Notes: generated by a model not told the origin, from the sequence alone. A DNA stretch of 248,000 nt from Andalucia godoyi And28 (GCA_009859145.1 VRVR01000022.1:20001-268000); one strand, 5' to 3'; shown: positions 79,149 to 92,141, counted from the first letter of the stretch. Numbers and translations are program-made.

Positions 79149-80945
79149 CTACTCGGAATCGCTGCTGCTGTTGCTGCTGCTGCTGTCGTCTGCATCCGGG
79201 AACCGGCACGAATCAGAATAAGGAATACACTCATCCTGTTCACCATCGGATTCTGCCGGTTGGCATCGAGCAACAAAGGTGGTCGACGAATCGAAAGCCG
79301 GAATGTCTTCGGATTCGCGAGAAATTGAGAAAAAGCAGGTTTCATCATCACGATACACGTTGTCGAGGTCGTCAGCATTGTCAACAGACCTACTGGAATT
79401 GGAAGAAGAATCTTTTTCAAGAAGCGAAGACGGAAGTGTCCCGCTGTCCAATTTTGCAGGGACCTCATTCACCTTGGCGGTCGAAGGATGTGACTCGACA
79501 ACACTGAAAGAATCCGCTTCGGTCGAAAACGGACTGATATTTTGACAACCATCAACATTCTGCACAACGACTCTGTCAACTGGAGCATCTCTGTGCGGGG
79601 CAACAGACGAATGGGCATACGCGACAAACTCCACGTCGTCCATATCGTCCTCATCACACGAGCCTAAACCTTCAAACGACGTTTGAGTGATTGAGATACC
79701 GAGCGAAGAAAAGATGGTAGACCGAGAAGAAGCCTCCGATCGACTGCTTCTTGCACCGGAAGTAAGCGCAGTCAAAGACTGAGATGACTGAGAAATCGGG
79801 CTGGAAGAATGAGATTGCGCAGCAGATTTGGATCCACAATCCGCCGACATCGCGTGGGAGTCTACTTGCGATCTACCTGTCTGCCACGAAGAACGACTTG
79901 AAGAGGATAGTTTAGAAGAACTCCACGTAAAACTGGAAACGCCTCCTATATTAGAAGCACTGCAGACCGGTCGCTGCAGAACATCCGACAAAGTGGAGCC
80001 AGCAACAACGCGAGACAGCTTCGGTGCGGGAGGGACTGCACAGCCACCATCAAACGTTCCATGTCTGTCCCTCTGCAGCATATCGACTGCATCATCTGAC
80101 GATACAGCGACAGAGTCGCCATAACTCCGGAAACATGAATCATCTTCAGAAGAGGAATCGTACTTCTTGTCGTCAGGAGCAGAACCCATTTCGCCGGTCA
80201 GCAACTTTCTACGGTCCTCTTCCCAAGTTCTTATACCGGTCAAATCTCCAATCCTTGCCAAATCACCTTCTTCAAGCATGAGCTCATCCCTAAATCCCTT
80301 TAAAAACGTTCGAAAGGAAAGGATGTCGGGAATTACCTCTTCGGCTTGACGATCATCAAAGTTCACAGAATTTTTCAAGAAACTCTTCAAATTCTCCTTC
80401 CGCGAAGGAAGTGAACCAGCCCGGAATATAGAAAATATTGCAGCCTTTGCGAGATCTGACTTAATCATGGCGATTCGAGCAAGCACTGTCTCGTGCATTC
80501 GAGATGTATCAACGTCAGAGGGTATTCGTAGCGACTTCTTCCGTGAAACTTTGAGCGTAGCATCTCGAATGACAGCCGCCGAGCGATCTGGATCCATTGC
80601 CGCACGTCGGAGAACTTCCTCTCGTCCATGAAAGTAGGAGTCCAGCTCTTCCCGAGAAATAGTAACAAATCGACCCAATGGCTTAACAAGTCGGACTCGG
80701 ATACCGTCGATTTCCATGAATCTGTTCGCAGATGCATTTCTTCGCGAGTTCTCCGAATGAAATTCAACAATTCCTTTTAACGACGGGACGGACGACACAA
80801 CATCTGGAAAGCAAAACGCATCACGAACCTCATTTTGGCCAGAAAAAAGCTCGAACAGTCGCTGATCAGTGAATCCAGGCGGCAGGTTCTCAATCACGAT
80901 CCTTCGCCTTTGAAGCATTCGACGAAAAGAAACGGAGCTATCCAT
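79149..80945 (-). CDS. RRM plus Ser-rich hypothetical protein
   Basis: IVIENLPPGFTDQRLFELF, KGIVEF. Confidence 0.55.
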   Translation of the reverse strand: MDSSVSFRRMLQRRRIVIENLPPGFTDQRLFELFSGQNEVRDAFCFPDVVSSVPSLKGIVEFHSENSRRNASANRFMEIDGIRVRLVKPLGRFVTISREELDSYFHGREEVLRRAAMDPDRSAAVIRDATLKVSRKKSLRIPSDVDTSRMHETVLARIAMIKSDLAKAAIFSIFRAGSLPSRKENLKSFLKNSVNFDDRQAEEVIPDILSFRTFLKGFRDELMLEEGDLARIGDLTGIRTWEEDRRKLLTGEMGSAPDDKKYDSSSEDDSCFRSYGDSVAVSSDDAVDMLQRDRHGTFDGGCAVPPAPKLSRVVAGSTLSDVLQRPVCSASNIGGVSSFTWSSSKLSSSSRSSWQTGRSQVDSHAMSADCGSKSAAQSHSSSPISQSSQSLTALTSGARSSRSEASSRSTIFSSLGISITQTSFEGLGSCDEDDMDDVEFVAYAHSSVAPHRDAPVDRVVVQNVDGCQNISPFSTEADSFSVVESHPSTAKVNEVPAKLDSGTLPSSLLEKDSSSNSSRSVDNADDLDNVYRDDETCFFSISRESEDIPAFDSSTTFVARCQPAESDGEQDECIPYSDSCRFPDADDSSSSNSSSDSE

Positions 80946-81584
80946 TTCGTTGAAGAAAGAGTGGCCACTTTCCAGCGACGTAAACCGTGCAAACTGGGTT
81001 GCCGAAGTGCCAAAAGCTGGCACAAAAAGGTAGCTGGTTTCCTTTTTTGGGTGGAGGAACACACTACGAAGAAGGAAGGACCCAGAGAACAAAAATGCTC
81101 CTCTCTGAAAATCGCTATCTTAACAATTAAGCTGCAAACAGGCGATCCGCAATCGAGATATCGCGACTCTGCGTGGAATACTGTGAATCTATTTCGTGTC
81201 GAATCAGTAATGCTGATCAGAAGGAAATGTTCTGTTTTGTTTTGTTTTTGTTTTCATGTTTTTTCAAGCGCGTCAGAAGACGAATTACGAAGTAGACATA
81301 ATTTCGAAAAGGTCTCCAGCTCACATTCGCAGCTCTGCAGTCTGCACTCGCAAAGTGAAGGAAGCCGAAAAAGCACCCGCAGTTCAAGAGGCTGCTTAGC
81401 ATCACTTGATCAGCACAAAAGGAACTGCAAGACTTGAATCTCGTACTTCCACAACGAGGTTTGCTTTTTGGAGAGGGTGGTTCGAGGGCTTTTTCATTTT
81501 TCATTTCATTCTGTTTTCGATTTCGTTTTCTTTTTCGTCTCTTCCGTTTTCGTTCATAAACAAGCCAGTATCTCGTAGCCAGCA

Positions 81585-83105
81585 ATGAGTGAGCGTGATA
81601 ACAATTTTAATTTTGGAAGGTCTCACGAGCACGGGCTTCCTCCTACAGGACCGAGACAGCCTCCTAAGAAGGTATGGTTTTTTGTTGTTTAAGGTTTTTC
81701 TATTTGATTTGTTTTTTGTTGTTTTTTTAAATTTTTTATAAAGAATGCTATTCTTTGGCCTTTTTGCAAATGCAAAGCAAACTGTGATGGCGACTGACGT
81801 GTTCTCTATGTTTATTCTGTTGATCATTAGCCTGAGAAGAAAGAAAAGAAAAACGATGTTCCGGCGCCAACGCATCTCGGTAAGGGGAAGAAGCAGCGAT
81901 TCCGTTCAGCTGGTGTTGATACGCGCTTGCCGCAGGTTGCCCCTTCGTTGAAATGCAAGCTGCGTCTCCTGCGTTTGGACCGGATTCGAGACTACCTGCT
82001 GATCGAGGAAGAGTTTATTACGAACCAAGAGGCTCTGAAGCCGAAGGAGGACCGAAATGCCGAGGAACGGAAGGACATCGAGGCCCTGAGAGGAACTCCT
82101 TTGAGCGTTGGTACGCTCGAAGAGATCATCGATGACAACCACGGTATTGTGTCTTCCACGGTAGGACCGGAGTTTTACGTGAATATTCTGTCTATTGTTG
82201 ACAAGGATGCGCTGAATCTGGGGTCATCGGTTCTGATGCACCACAAGACGATGTCCATTGTTGGTGTTTTGGCTGATGATGCAGACCCGATGGTGTCCGT
82301 CATGAAAGTGGACAAAGCCCCCTTGGAGTCATACGCTGACATTGGAGGACTTGAAAAGCAGATTCAGGAAATCAAAGAAGCCGTTGAGTATCCGCTTACG
82401 CATCCCGAACTGTACGAAGATATTGGAATCAAGCCTCCAAAGGGTGTGATACTGTATGGCGAACCAGGAACGGGCAAGACTCTGTTGGCGAAAGCTGTTG
82501 CAAATTCCACTTCCGCAACGTTTTTGCGGGTTGTTGGCTCCGAGCTGATCCAGAAGTATCTTGGCGAGGGTCCGAAGCTTGTTCGAGAGCTGTTTCGTGT
82601 TGCAGAAGAAATGGCGCCGACCATTGTTTTCATTGATGAAATTGATGCCGTTGGAACAAAGCGCTACGACGCGACGTCTTCGGGAGAAAGAGAAATTCAG
82701 CGAACGATGTTGGAATTGTTGAACCAGTTGGATGGGTTTGACACGCGTGGTGATGTGAAAGTGATTCTGGCAACGAACATGATCGAATCTTTGGATCCAG
82801 CACTGCTCCGACCGGGTCGCATTGACAGAAAGATTGAATTTCCGTTGCCGGATGTTCCCACGAAGCGTCACATTTTCCAGGTGCATACTCGAAAGATGAC
82901 CCTGGGTCCTGACGTCGACCTTGAAGAGTTCATCTTGTCCAAGGATCAAATTTCGGGTGCCGACATCAAGGCCATCTGTACGCAGGCAGGTCTTGTGGCA
83001 CTTCGTGAACGGCGGATGCAGGTTACGCAAGCAGATTTCAGGAAGTCCAGAGAGCAAGTTTTGTACAAGAAACAGGACACCGCTCCTGCTGGCCTTTATA
83101 TCTAA
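81585..83105 (+). CDS. PSMC1: 26S proteasome ATPase Rpt2 (one intron about 81672-81829)
   Basis: [37 protein letters not shown]; exon join gives PEKKEKK..APTHLGK..LPQVAP. Confidence 0.95.
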
Positions 83106-83126
83106 TCGTTACACTGTAAAACGACA

Positions 83127-84890
83127 TTATATTTCTTCAATGATTCTTTTCTTTTTGGCTGTCTTCGTGGTGGCCTTCTCCCTGCTTGACGAATCTGCTT
83201 CCAGAACATTTTGAATCGGATCTTCTTGTGGAACGCTGGAGTTCAGTTCCATCATCTGCTTCAAAAGAGTCGATGGATCCAAGTTATCCAAAGGAGTCGC
83301 CGAGGATGAAGACGATGATGCACTCGGAACATCCGACTTGTGCAACGCTTCTGCCTGCACATCTGAAGGGCCAGAAAGAATCTCCGCGAGCTTGGAAAGA
83401 TCATTTGGAGTCATGAAACCGTCGTTCCCATGACGGAGAGCATCGGCCATTTCAAGATCTCCAGTTTCCACATCTTCCTTAGCGGCATCTTCCGCTCGCA
83501 AAATCTGGTTGACATTCGCTCCCCGCTTGGAATGCGCAGCATCTTCCTTCTCAATATACCGCAGAAGATTAACAGAAAACTTGTCGTTCTGAGAGAGTTT
83601 GCACGACGTGCGAATACTGTCGACAGCGTCAGAGAAACGACCCAGGATCAGAAGAGCCTGTGCCTTTCTGAGGTATGCCTTTGCATAGTGCTCATCAACA
83701 AGAATAGCATCTTGAGAATCACGCAAAGCAAAAACAACACTGGATTCGCTCAGCAGTCGGGAAGGAATGCCATCCTCCCCAATCACAGCCCCATTTTGAA
83801 GATGTGCAACCGCTCTGTTTGAATACAAAGACGCATTTGATGGATCCAGTTCAATCGCCCGAGTGTAACATTTAATGGCAGTGTCGTAAGCGCCTTTCCT
83901 GAAATTCGTATTGCCAAGTTCTTTCCATTTTGAAATTCTTTCCGATGTCGACAGCAACGTCTCATCAACTGCCACCTCCTGCGCCAGCGTTGGAGTATCG
84001 GAAACGGCAGCGGACTCTAGAGCCGGAACGTCTTCCTCAGCGACTCCAACCATTTGCGATATGTCTGACAACGGCAAGGAGTCCAAATGCAATCGAGCAT
84101 CAATCCCCGAAGGCAAACAATCAGATGGTGAGACTGCCGGGTGGCTTCCAAAGTCTTGAAACAATTTCAGTGCCAGCTGTTTCTCCTCATCACCAGCTTG
84201 AGCCGCTTCGACGTTCCACGAACCGAGAATCTGCAAAATTTCCGTCGAGAGCGGAAGAATGTTGTTCCTTGCGTAGTGAAATCGAATCCATGAGAGCCAA
84301 AAGGCTACAATCTGAAGACAAAAGAGTGATCCGCCAGGAAAGCTGTCTTTGCGATTAGCAAGCAAATTTGGAACAAAGGGCGAATGTCCCAAGAGGGCCA
84401 TGGACCGAAAGGCCTCTTGTCGATCCCTCGGATCGCATGATTTCAGCGAAGCGAACCAACCCAATTCGGTGGAAGCAGTAATCAGCCTGAAACATTCGAT
84501 GGCTTGGCTCCGAATCTGTAGATTGCTATCGAGAAACAACGTGGTTAAAGCACGTAATCCTCCAGAAACGATGAAAGGAGTAAGCAGACACGCGTTTCGA
84601 ACATGCATTAAATAGAATAATGCTAAAAACGGGATCCGAGCTTTCGCAGGAAAGCCAGAATTCTGTGACACATCCAGGATGGCTGGGTAACACGTGATGC
84701 TATGAGAATCGGGAACGAAAAGCAAGGTTCGAGCTTCCAACACGGACACATCAGTATGGAGCAGCATCGATAGTTCGGAAGCCGGCGGTTTGTTCCACAT
84801 ACGCTCCAGACCCTTCTGCATCTGGGCCGAAAGTTCCGGCTCTGGAAATAGTTTTAGAACTTCTCTGCATACATCGTTGAATGAGGTCAT
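83127..84890 (-). CDS. TPR-repeat protein
   Basis: KELGNTNFRKGAYDTAIKCYTRAIELDP, KAYLRKAQA. Confidence 0.8.
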   Translation of the reverse strand: MTSFNDVCREVLKLFPEPELSAQMQKGLERMWNKPPASELSMLLHTDVSVLEARTLLFVPDSHSITCYPAILDVSQNSGFPAKARIPFLALFYLMHVRNACLLTPFIVSGGLRALTTLFLDSNLQIRSQAIECFRLITASTELGWFASLKSCDPRDRQEAFRSMALLGHSPFVPNLLANRKDSFPGGSLFCLQIVAFWLSWIRFHYARNNILPLSTEILQILGSWNVEAAQAGDEEKQLALKLFQDFGSHPAVSPSDCLPSGIDARLHLDSLPLSDISQMVGVAEEDVPALESAAVSDTPTLAQEVAVDETLLSTSERISKWKELGNTNFRKGAYDTAIKCYTRAIELDPSNASLYSNRAVAHLQNGAVIGEDGIPSRLLSESSVVFALRDSQDAILVDEHYAKAYLRKAQALLILGRFSDAVDSIRTSCKLSQNDKFSVNLLRYIEKEDAAHSKRGANVNQILRAEDAAKEDVETGDLEMADALRHGNDGFMTPNDLSKLAEILSGPSDVQAEALHKSDVPSASSSSSSATPLDNLDPSTLLKQMMELNSSVPQEDPIQNVLEADSSSREKATTKTAKKKRIIEEI

Positions 84891-85210
84891 CGGCCTGTTG
84901 TCTTTTGAAAAAACGTGGTCCTGCATCCACCCGTTGAATCAAAATAAAAAAAAAGAAAATGAAGGCGGAAAGTGGGTACTGCTATGCAGGCGGAAGTTTG
85001 AAAACGAAAGTCGGGCAAAAAGACCTAGCTTCAATCTGCTCCAGCACTGTAGAGACCAGGGATCGAGGAGAGCGGTGGCGGCTAGGTGATTTTCAAGAGA
85101 TTTTAAATTCGTGCGAAGTCCTATCCCCGAACTGGGCGTTATACAAACAGCCTTTCTGTACGAGTTCGTATTGCATTGGCTTCTCAGCCTTTGCCAGGTT
85201 TTTCCCAAAC

Positions 85211-86737
85211 ATGTTGACAGAGTATCCGTTGCCGTCGCAAGTTTCTGTCCCGTCCGCGGCATCTTGGATTGCCAACGTCGTTCGTTCCGATTCGATCTAC
85301 ACTTCTGAGCACCGCTTATTGATGCTGCGACATTTTGCTTCGAAATGCCCTCCATCGAATATCTGGACCTTTCTCACAACTGCAGAAAAAACTGCATACA
85401 AAACGATTTCTTTGGAGAAGGCGAAGCATTCAGATGGGTCGTTGGGAACAGGAGAAGTGGTGGACATCGTGTCACAAGATGGAAGCTCGACTACTCTCAG
85501 TCGAGGCAGCACTACTGATGACCGTCATCCCGTGCGTGCAGGCGCTGCTGCTGCTTCTTTCTTTGCCTTTGGGGCTGCTTCACTAGCGTTTCTTCCGGTA
85601 TTTGCAGCCCCTGCTGTGGGCGTGTTGGGTGCTAGATACGTGTACCGAAAGACTAGGCGATTATTTGGCGAAAAGACAATCGATCTTCTTATTCCTGAAC
85701 TGATTGAATCATCATCACCGTCTCTTTGGTCCGTGATTTGTGCTCCAGGCCTCCCTTTTCGCGCTGTTGAGCAAGCAGCTTTCGCCAACACTGGTCACCA
85801 CATGAGCTCGACAGAGTTGTGGAAACCCATGGTCTCCGCAACTGGTTGTAACGTCCTGCATGTGTCATTCGAACCATCATTGCTGTCCGACTTCCACAAC
85901 TCTGTCGACACAATCATTTCTAGATATGCCGCGAATGCTAGTTCTTCTCTTGCCCTAAAAGTATTCGCCTCGACAATTGCCTCCGCAATTGCTCTTCCTT
86001 CAGCGTTGCTCGGAATGATAAGTGTTGCTGATTCTCCGCTTTCTCTGTTGCTGGACCGGTCCACGGTTGAGAAAGGAGGCCGTTTATTGTATCGCATGTG
86101 TCCGATATTAAGAGGAACAGTGGTCTCCTGGTCAATTGGATCAAGATTAATGATCAACTCTCTATTGTCATTGAGTGCATTGGAGGAAGAACAGGAAAAG
86201 AATGAGTATGCGTCGTCGCTTGGAGTTCAACGACCGTCGTTGCTTGTGTCCCCGGAAGCTGGTTCTCTTGGATCAAATTCGTCTTCGCCATTGCAACTTC
86301 GGAGTCCCAGTTCTCCAGCAACCGCTGAAATTTCCACGGACACACCAGTGTCAGCAAAGGACGTGCAATGGGACTTTGATCATCTTGTTCTCATCGGAAG
86401 CCCTGTTTTGAATCTATCGTCTGCTGAATGGGAAATGCTACTTCGACGCGTACGCGGTTCCATTGTCGTGGCGTATTCTGACAATGATTGGTATCTAGGA
86501 GTCGTAGTTCGCGCGTTGCTTGGAATTCGTCGCGAAGGAGTATCACAAGTTCTCGGTGTTGCTCCCTTGCTGGACGGCTGTTCGGACGCTGTGCGCAGCA
86601 GAGTCATTCTGCTACCTGTTGGAGACTTGATTGCAACACATCTACAGTACGCCGATGTAACAGTGCTTTTGAAGATTGTCCAGCGATGTCAACAGACAAT
86701 CGGAGAATGGGTTTCAAAAGCGCGGCTGATCAGTTGA
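85211..86737 (+). CDS. DUF726/TMCO4-like alpha/beta-hydrolase-fold protein
   Basis: SWSIGSRL, HLVLIGSP, VVAYSDNDWYL. Confidence 0.6.
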   Translation: MLTEYPLPSQVSVPSAASWIANVVRSDSIYTSEHRLLMLRHFASKCPPSNIWTFLTTAEKTAYKTISLEKAKHSDGSLGTGEVVDIVSQDGSSTTLSRGSTTDDRHPVRAGAAAASFFAFGAASLAFLPVFAAPAVGVLGARYVYRKTRRLFGEKTIDLLIPELIESSSPSLWSVICAPGLPFRAVEQAAFANTGHHMSSTELWKPMVSATGCNVLHVSFEPSLLSDFHNSVDTIISRYAANASSSLALKVFASTIASAIALPSALLGMISVADSPLSLLLDRSTVEKGGRLLYRMCPILRGTVVSWSIGSRLMINSLLSLSALEEEQEKNEYASSLGVQRPSLLVSPEAGSLGSNSSSPLQLRSPSSPATAEISTDTPVSAKDVQWDFDHLVLIGSPVLNLSSAEWEMLLRRVRGSIVVAYSDNDWYLGVVVRALLGIRREGVSQVLGVAPLLDGCSDAVRSRVILLPVGDLIATHLQYADVTVLLKIVQRCQQTIGEWVSKARLIS

Positions 86738-86822
86738 TTTATATATTGCCAGTTGGCGGATTTGCAGCGTTCGAAATTATGTAGCCAGAACCTTTATTGC
86801 TGGAAGTAGATCTGAATTGCTG

Positions 86823-87766
86823 CCATTCTGGTGTCCCTGGTGTCCATCCGTTGTCTGCTGTGGCTTGGTGGTTTCCCGGCTTCTCTCCATCAGCCTCATG
86901 ATGCCGAGTCGGAGCCACCACGGATGCTGCCGGAGACTGCTGCACAAGCGTACGGGAGGGGGTATGCGGGTGGGCAAGTGGGTGATGTGGCGGAGGAGTG
87001 CATCACCAAGACATGCGGCCTGTGTGGGAGACGTGAGAATGTCCAGCACAAACTGGCCAGAGATAAGGCGTTTGTGTGTGTGTTCGTTTTTTGTTTTTTC
87101 CGGTGTCCAATGTTTCCAGTAAGGATGGACCGAGAGCTGGAATGGCGGCGCTTGCAGTGCAGTATTTATCGAAAGAACATTGCTGATTGTTGGGGAAAAC
87201 GCACGTTGAATGCACTCTACGGTTGGCGAGTCGACTTTTTTGGGCACGGTGGTTGAGACTTTGGATTTCAACAGCTGGGGGCTGGTGGCGTGCCGAGAGC
87301 CTGCCCTTCCTCTCCTTCTCTGTCTCCCTCTCTCCCTCGGTCTCCCTCTCTCCCTCTGTCTCCCTCTCTCTCCGTTCCTCCTTCTCTCTAGGCGATGGGG
87401 ATCCCAACCCCCTGACTCGTGCAACGGTGCAGAACAGCGGGCTATGTTACGTTGGCCATCAAACTGTGCTTCCAAGCAGTTTTCTTTTTTTTTTACAACA
87501 GGTTGTGTTGCCGATAAACAGCAGATTTGCAAACTTTGCAGGAAGATTCCAAAGCACTTTACATTCTCAACGTTTGTTATGTTTTTTCTTCCCTCTAACT
87601 GAAACCGTGAGAACATCTTTTTCAGGGTATTCGTGACGATCGGCGTAATCATCGAATCTTCACCAGGCAACACAGGAACTTTGGTGACTATGGAGAGAGA
87701 AGACCGCGTTTCAAGCCCGTTCCTTTCAAAGGTTCAGAGACCAACGATCGGTGCGCAGAATCGTGT
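86823..87766 (+). repeat. Inverted duplication, left arm (about 944 bp)
   Basis: Near-identical reverse complement of 93279-94222; the track lists identical ORFs on opposite strands. Confidence 0.95.
86849..87228 (+). mobile_element. Decayed Fanzor2 relic, family C (inside left arm)
   Basis: CCGTTG left-end-like; SHH..RRLLHK, EECITKTCGLCG, KAFVC..CP..DRE.NG; ends TTGGCG. Confidence 0.65.
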
Positions 87767-90011
87767 GGACGCCCTCTATCCGGGAGCCACGATAGAAATC
87801 AAGCGCTTCGTCGTTGCGAATGAATGTGCACACGTTGCACAATAAAAAAGCCGTGTCGGCCAGTAACACGAGCGGATATCAGCAGCTTTCAAAATGTTAA
87901 ATAGCCGGGGCGCGGATTGACGGCAAAAAAAACCGAAGATCGCGGCTTTTATTCACGATAACCCGGGGGGGCTGCGTTTCTTCTGGTCGCCGTCACATCT
88001 CTCAAGTTTCGCAGAAGCGGGGCCGACATCGATGTGGACAAAATAATTTCAACGGGAACGAAAAGTCAGCCGTTCCTGCGCGAATAACGGGGTATTGGAG
88101 AGGGTTCTCTGAAGTGCCTAGGAGTGCCTTATTCCTTCGCACAAAACTCAAAATGAGGGCGATGACAGGTATGAGACAATTCGTTATTTTTGGTATTGAG
88201 TTCGCTTCTGTGTTTGGATATCTCGGCAACACTCAAAAAGATATCGAACGCAGTCCCATTAACCCCGAGTCTGCAGGCGTCGTCTTCAGCGGAGAGAGTC
88301 GGATTGACAATGAACAGGAAGAGAGAGAAGTCTTGTGAAATCGAAACATGCGGCTCACTAACATCGAGAACCGGTGCAACGGAGCATTTGTAAAGGAATG
88401 TCGAAAAATATTTTATATTTAAAGTACAAGCGTGTCTGCGAGAAGGAAGAATGGTAGATGAATTACATCGGATCGGCGTCAGCACATCTGCGCGAAAGCA
88501 GATACGCACAGAAAAACCGATAACATGTGAATGATGCACAGTGACGCGGGAAGAACCACAAATCGAAATGGATGTGCGAAAGCATTGTCGCTGAAGGTTT
88601 TTTCCTGAATTATGCCAAATCCTTCACGATTCTCTGTGGAAACGAAGGAAGCGCCGTCTGCAATTCAGTCAGATGCAAAAATAAAGTTGATTTTCTCAGG
88701 ACAATGCCGCCAACAGTAAACTAACATGAGACGTTTTGCATCAAAACAATTCGATACCATACATTGCCATCTAATTTCGTGAGGTCCATCAAATCAAAGA
88801 TTACACTTGGAAAATCATTTTCAGTTGTTGAACCTGACTGCATCCATCCACAGCTTGAGCGAAGACACTGTTGTTCTGCTCGCTTTTTTTTTGTCGTGTA
88901 TTCCATCGGAATTGACATCTTCCCAGATATTGATAAATGTCGTGATATCCGACTGCTGAAGCGGACTGTCACCAAATCAGACATATTGCGAACACTTGTT
89001 CTTTCGTTTGGCACGACGGCAAGGCTTTTACTGAAGATTGGCTTCTCTCCTGACTTCGATTTATGAGGTTGTCTTTTTTGCTGTTGTTAGACGTCCACGG
89101 TTTTGTCAGCAATGCTCGTTGAACATCCGGGGGTCGCTGTAGATCTTTTCGTGATGGTAGCTTGTTCCGCGTTTCTATGCATGTTTGCTCATCCGCAGGC
89201 CTGCCGTGTAGCCCTCCTCTTTCTTCCGTTCCATTTCAGGCCGCCATCACACAGAGGAAGTTTTCCTTCCTCTCCGCAGTCGCTGCACCTGTCGTTTTGA
89301 AAAACACATTTTACTATCTTACTGCCTTTCTTTCACAGCGGTTAATCTCAGTTTTAGCTTAATTGTAGTTACTAAGGAACATGCGTGAAAAATTGGTTTT
89401 GATATCAGATTTTGTTTTGTTCAGATCGCTTGTCCTGTGGTGGCTGAACCTTTGCCAGCCCAATTCTGGATCGCATTCGCGTGCGGCCGCAGTGTTTTGG
89501 GCTCCGGTTTCTTTTCAACAGCAGGTTCTCTTTGATGCAAGATAACTGGAGTGCCGTCATCATGGGGATTTCCCAGACATCGGACACCGTACGCCAAAGA
89601 TTTTCATGTCATCTGGCGTTGGCGCTGAAATCAGTCAAACAGCCTTTTCAATATTAATCTGTTGAATTTGTTGACGTACCGTTGAGCTGTTGCTGCAAAT
89701 AGGGATCTTGCTTCCGGCGTCATGAGTCAATAATAGGGCAGCCTTGCTTCAGAGAAAGGATCTGCGGACTTCCAGCGACGAGTGTTTTTAACGTTTGCTC
89801 CATGATTTTTGAACGAACATCTTTTTTTCCTGCCGTAGAAATTGATGCCGGCGACTCAATGAACTCAATTGCTCGTTACGTCGACTGTGTTCTCAGGACT
89901 TCTGTTGTTCTCGGGTCTTCCTCATCAGCCTTCTTTTTCCTCTTTAACTTTTCGCCGTCTTTTTCAAGTCATTTTTCAGTACGTAATTGTTTGAGAAATT
90001 TCAAGTACAAC

Positions 90012-90932
90012 ATGGCCTCATACAAGGATTTGGATAATTGGATTGCCGAGCTCATGGAATGCAAACCGTTGTCGGAAGCCAATGTAAAGCTCCTTTGCGA
90101 AAAAGCTCGAGAAGTTTTGATGGAAGAATCGAATGTCCAACCAGTCCGGTGCCCAGTCACCGTATGTGGCGACATCCACGGTCAGTTTTATGATCTTATG
90201 GAACTGTTTCGGATATCTGGAAAGCTGCCTGACACAAACCTTCTTTTTATGGGAGATTATGTGGATCGAGGGTACTTCTCGGTCGAAACAGTCTCATTGT
90301 TGATTGCTTTGAAGTTGCGATATCGAGACAGGGTTACCATTCTCAGAGGGAATCACGAGTCGCGGCAAATTACCCAAGTGTACGGCTTCTTTGACGAGTG
90401 TGTTCGAAAATACGGATCGCCGAATGTTTGGAAGTATTTTACGGATCTTTTTGATTACTTGCCGCTCACTGCGTTAGTGGAGTGCTCGATCTTTTGTTTA
90501 CACGGTGGTCTTTCTCCTTCTATCGATACGCTAGACCATGTTCGCTCTCTGGATCGTGTGCAGGAGGTTCCACATGAAGGCCCAATGTGCGATTTGCTAT
90601 GGAGTGACCCGGATGACCGAATCGGTTGGGGAGTTTCCCCCCGCGGCGCTGGATATACGTTTGGACAAGACATTTCCGAGAAGTTCAATCATAATAATGG
90701 ACTCACTTTAGTTTCTCGAGCCCATCAACTTGTTATGGAGGGCTATAACTGGGCTCACGACAAGAGTGTTGTGACGGTGTTTAGTGCTCCAAACTACTGT
90801 TACAGATGCGGCAATCAGGCATCGATTATGGAAGTCGACGAGCACATGAATCTGAACTTCCTTCAGTTCGATCCTTCACCTCGTCGTGGAGAACCGCATG
90901 TTACGCGCAAGACCCCAGACTACTTCCTTTAG
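90012..90932 (+). CDS. PPP2CA: Protein phosphatase 2A catalytic subunit
   Basis: GDIHGQF, GDYVDRG, GNHE, C-terminal TPDYFL. Confidence 0.97.
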   Translation: MASYKDLDNWIAELMECKPLSEANVKLLCEKAREVLMEESNVQPVRCPVTVCGDIHGQFYDLMELFRISGKLPDTNLLFMGDYVDRGYFSVETVSLLIALKLRYRDRVTILRGNHESRQITQVYGFFDECVRKYGSPNVWKYFTDLFDYLPLTALVECSIFCLHGGLSPSIDTLDHVRSLDRVQEVPHEGPMCDLLWSDPDDRIGWGVSPRGAGYTFGQDISEKFNHNNGLTLVSRAHQLVMEGYNWAHDKSVVTVFSAPNYCYRCGNQASIMEVDEHMNLNFLQFDPSPRRGEPHVTRKTPDYFL

Positions 90933-91055
90933 ACGTTCCTCCGAAGACGAATGATTTCAAACCAAAGAAAACAAAGAAAGAACATAACATAAAAACCTGA
91001 TACCGCTTTCAATTTCAGGTGTGTGAGAGAGAGGGGACTATGTCCTTTTTATTCA

Positions 91056-91649
91056 CTAAGCAACGAGTGCCGGGTCAACGATTCGCACGCCATTTCTGTC
91101 CATGACTTTGACAAAGAATCTAGGAGTATTCAAGACAAGACGCTGTTTCACTTCTCGGATGCACTTGTTAATCACTTCCAGCGCTTGCTCAAAGTTCATG
91201 CCCTCGCGATATTGAGAGTCCAGAGTGGAAAGGACAAAGTACGAACCATACCCTTGAGCAGTCGCTTTCATCTGGTGCATTGACGCCATATAATCCATAA
91301 AATACAAAGAGGGACCCACATCCTCGTCAAAGCCACCAATCAGCATGTTCACTTGGTAAGGAGACTGCCTTAAAAACTTTGCAAGTTGCCCTCGGATATA
91401 GTTTGCGGCGGCATCTGTCGAAACAGGCAAGCCGGAACGAATCGTATGGAGTTTAAGATTCTTCTGAATGTACTCACCGAACTGATTTCGGTCTCCAGGT
91501 TCTCCACTCATGGCAATCGCCTTGTGGGAATCAAGAACCTTGATCTTGTCTTCGTCATCCTTGATGGCTACAATGGAGAAGGCCTGAGATGCATCTGCAG
91601 CCAGCAGCACAAAATCAGAACCGACCACGCCAATCAACGTATCTGCCAT
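91056..91649 (-). CDS. PSMB2: 20S proteasome subunit beta-4 (PSMB2)
   Basis: GEPGDRNQF.EYIQKN, PYQVNML.GG, AQGYG.YF. Confidence 0.92.
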   Translation of the reverse strand: MADTLIGVVGSDFVLLAADASQAFSIVAIKDDEDKIKVLDSHKAIAMSGEPGDRNQFGEYIQKNLKLHTIRSGLPVSTDAAANYIRGQLAKFLRQSPYQVNMLIGGFDEDVGPSLYFMDYMASMHQMKATAQGYGSYFVLSTLDSQYREGMNFEQALEVINKCIREVKQRLVLNTPRFFVKVMDRNGVRIVDPALVA

Positions 91650-92141
91650 AGTGTCGAAGTATCAAATTTGAATAAGAATAAAATCGAAAACGTTCAAAGC
91701 AGAGGTTTTAGTTGACTGAGGGGGGCCCTTTTCCTTTGATTCTTTTTCCCGTCTCACTTCTCGCATTGCAAACAAGTTCAAGTCAAATTTTCGAGTCAAG
91801 TATCGACTTCGCCAGCCGTAGAGCCATCGAAAAAAGAAAAGCAGGCTTTCCGAAACCGTTTTTCCCTACGGCAGCTTGGCCGCTTTGCCAGCAGGCTCTG
91901 CAGCAGACAACCTGTGCTGTGTGCAACACGGCCCCAAGAAGCGTAGCACCTCAGGGGCTTCGACATTAAGCAATCCCCAAGCGATTTTTGGATGCAATCT
92001 GAAATGGTAGCGAGCATCCGGTTGTCCGTCGTGTTTCAGACGCCATGCGTCTCATTCACAATATGTTGGCATTGCACCGAAATCAATCATGGCATCATCG
92101 TAGTCTAGAAAGTCACCCCTCGATGACGTTCCCCTCTTGCA

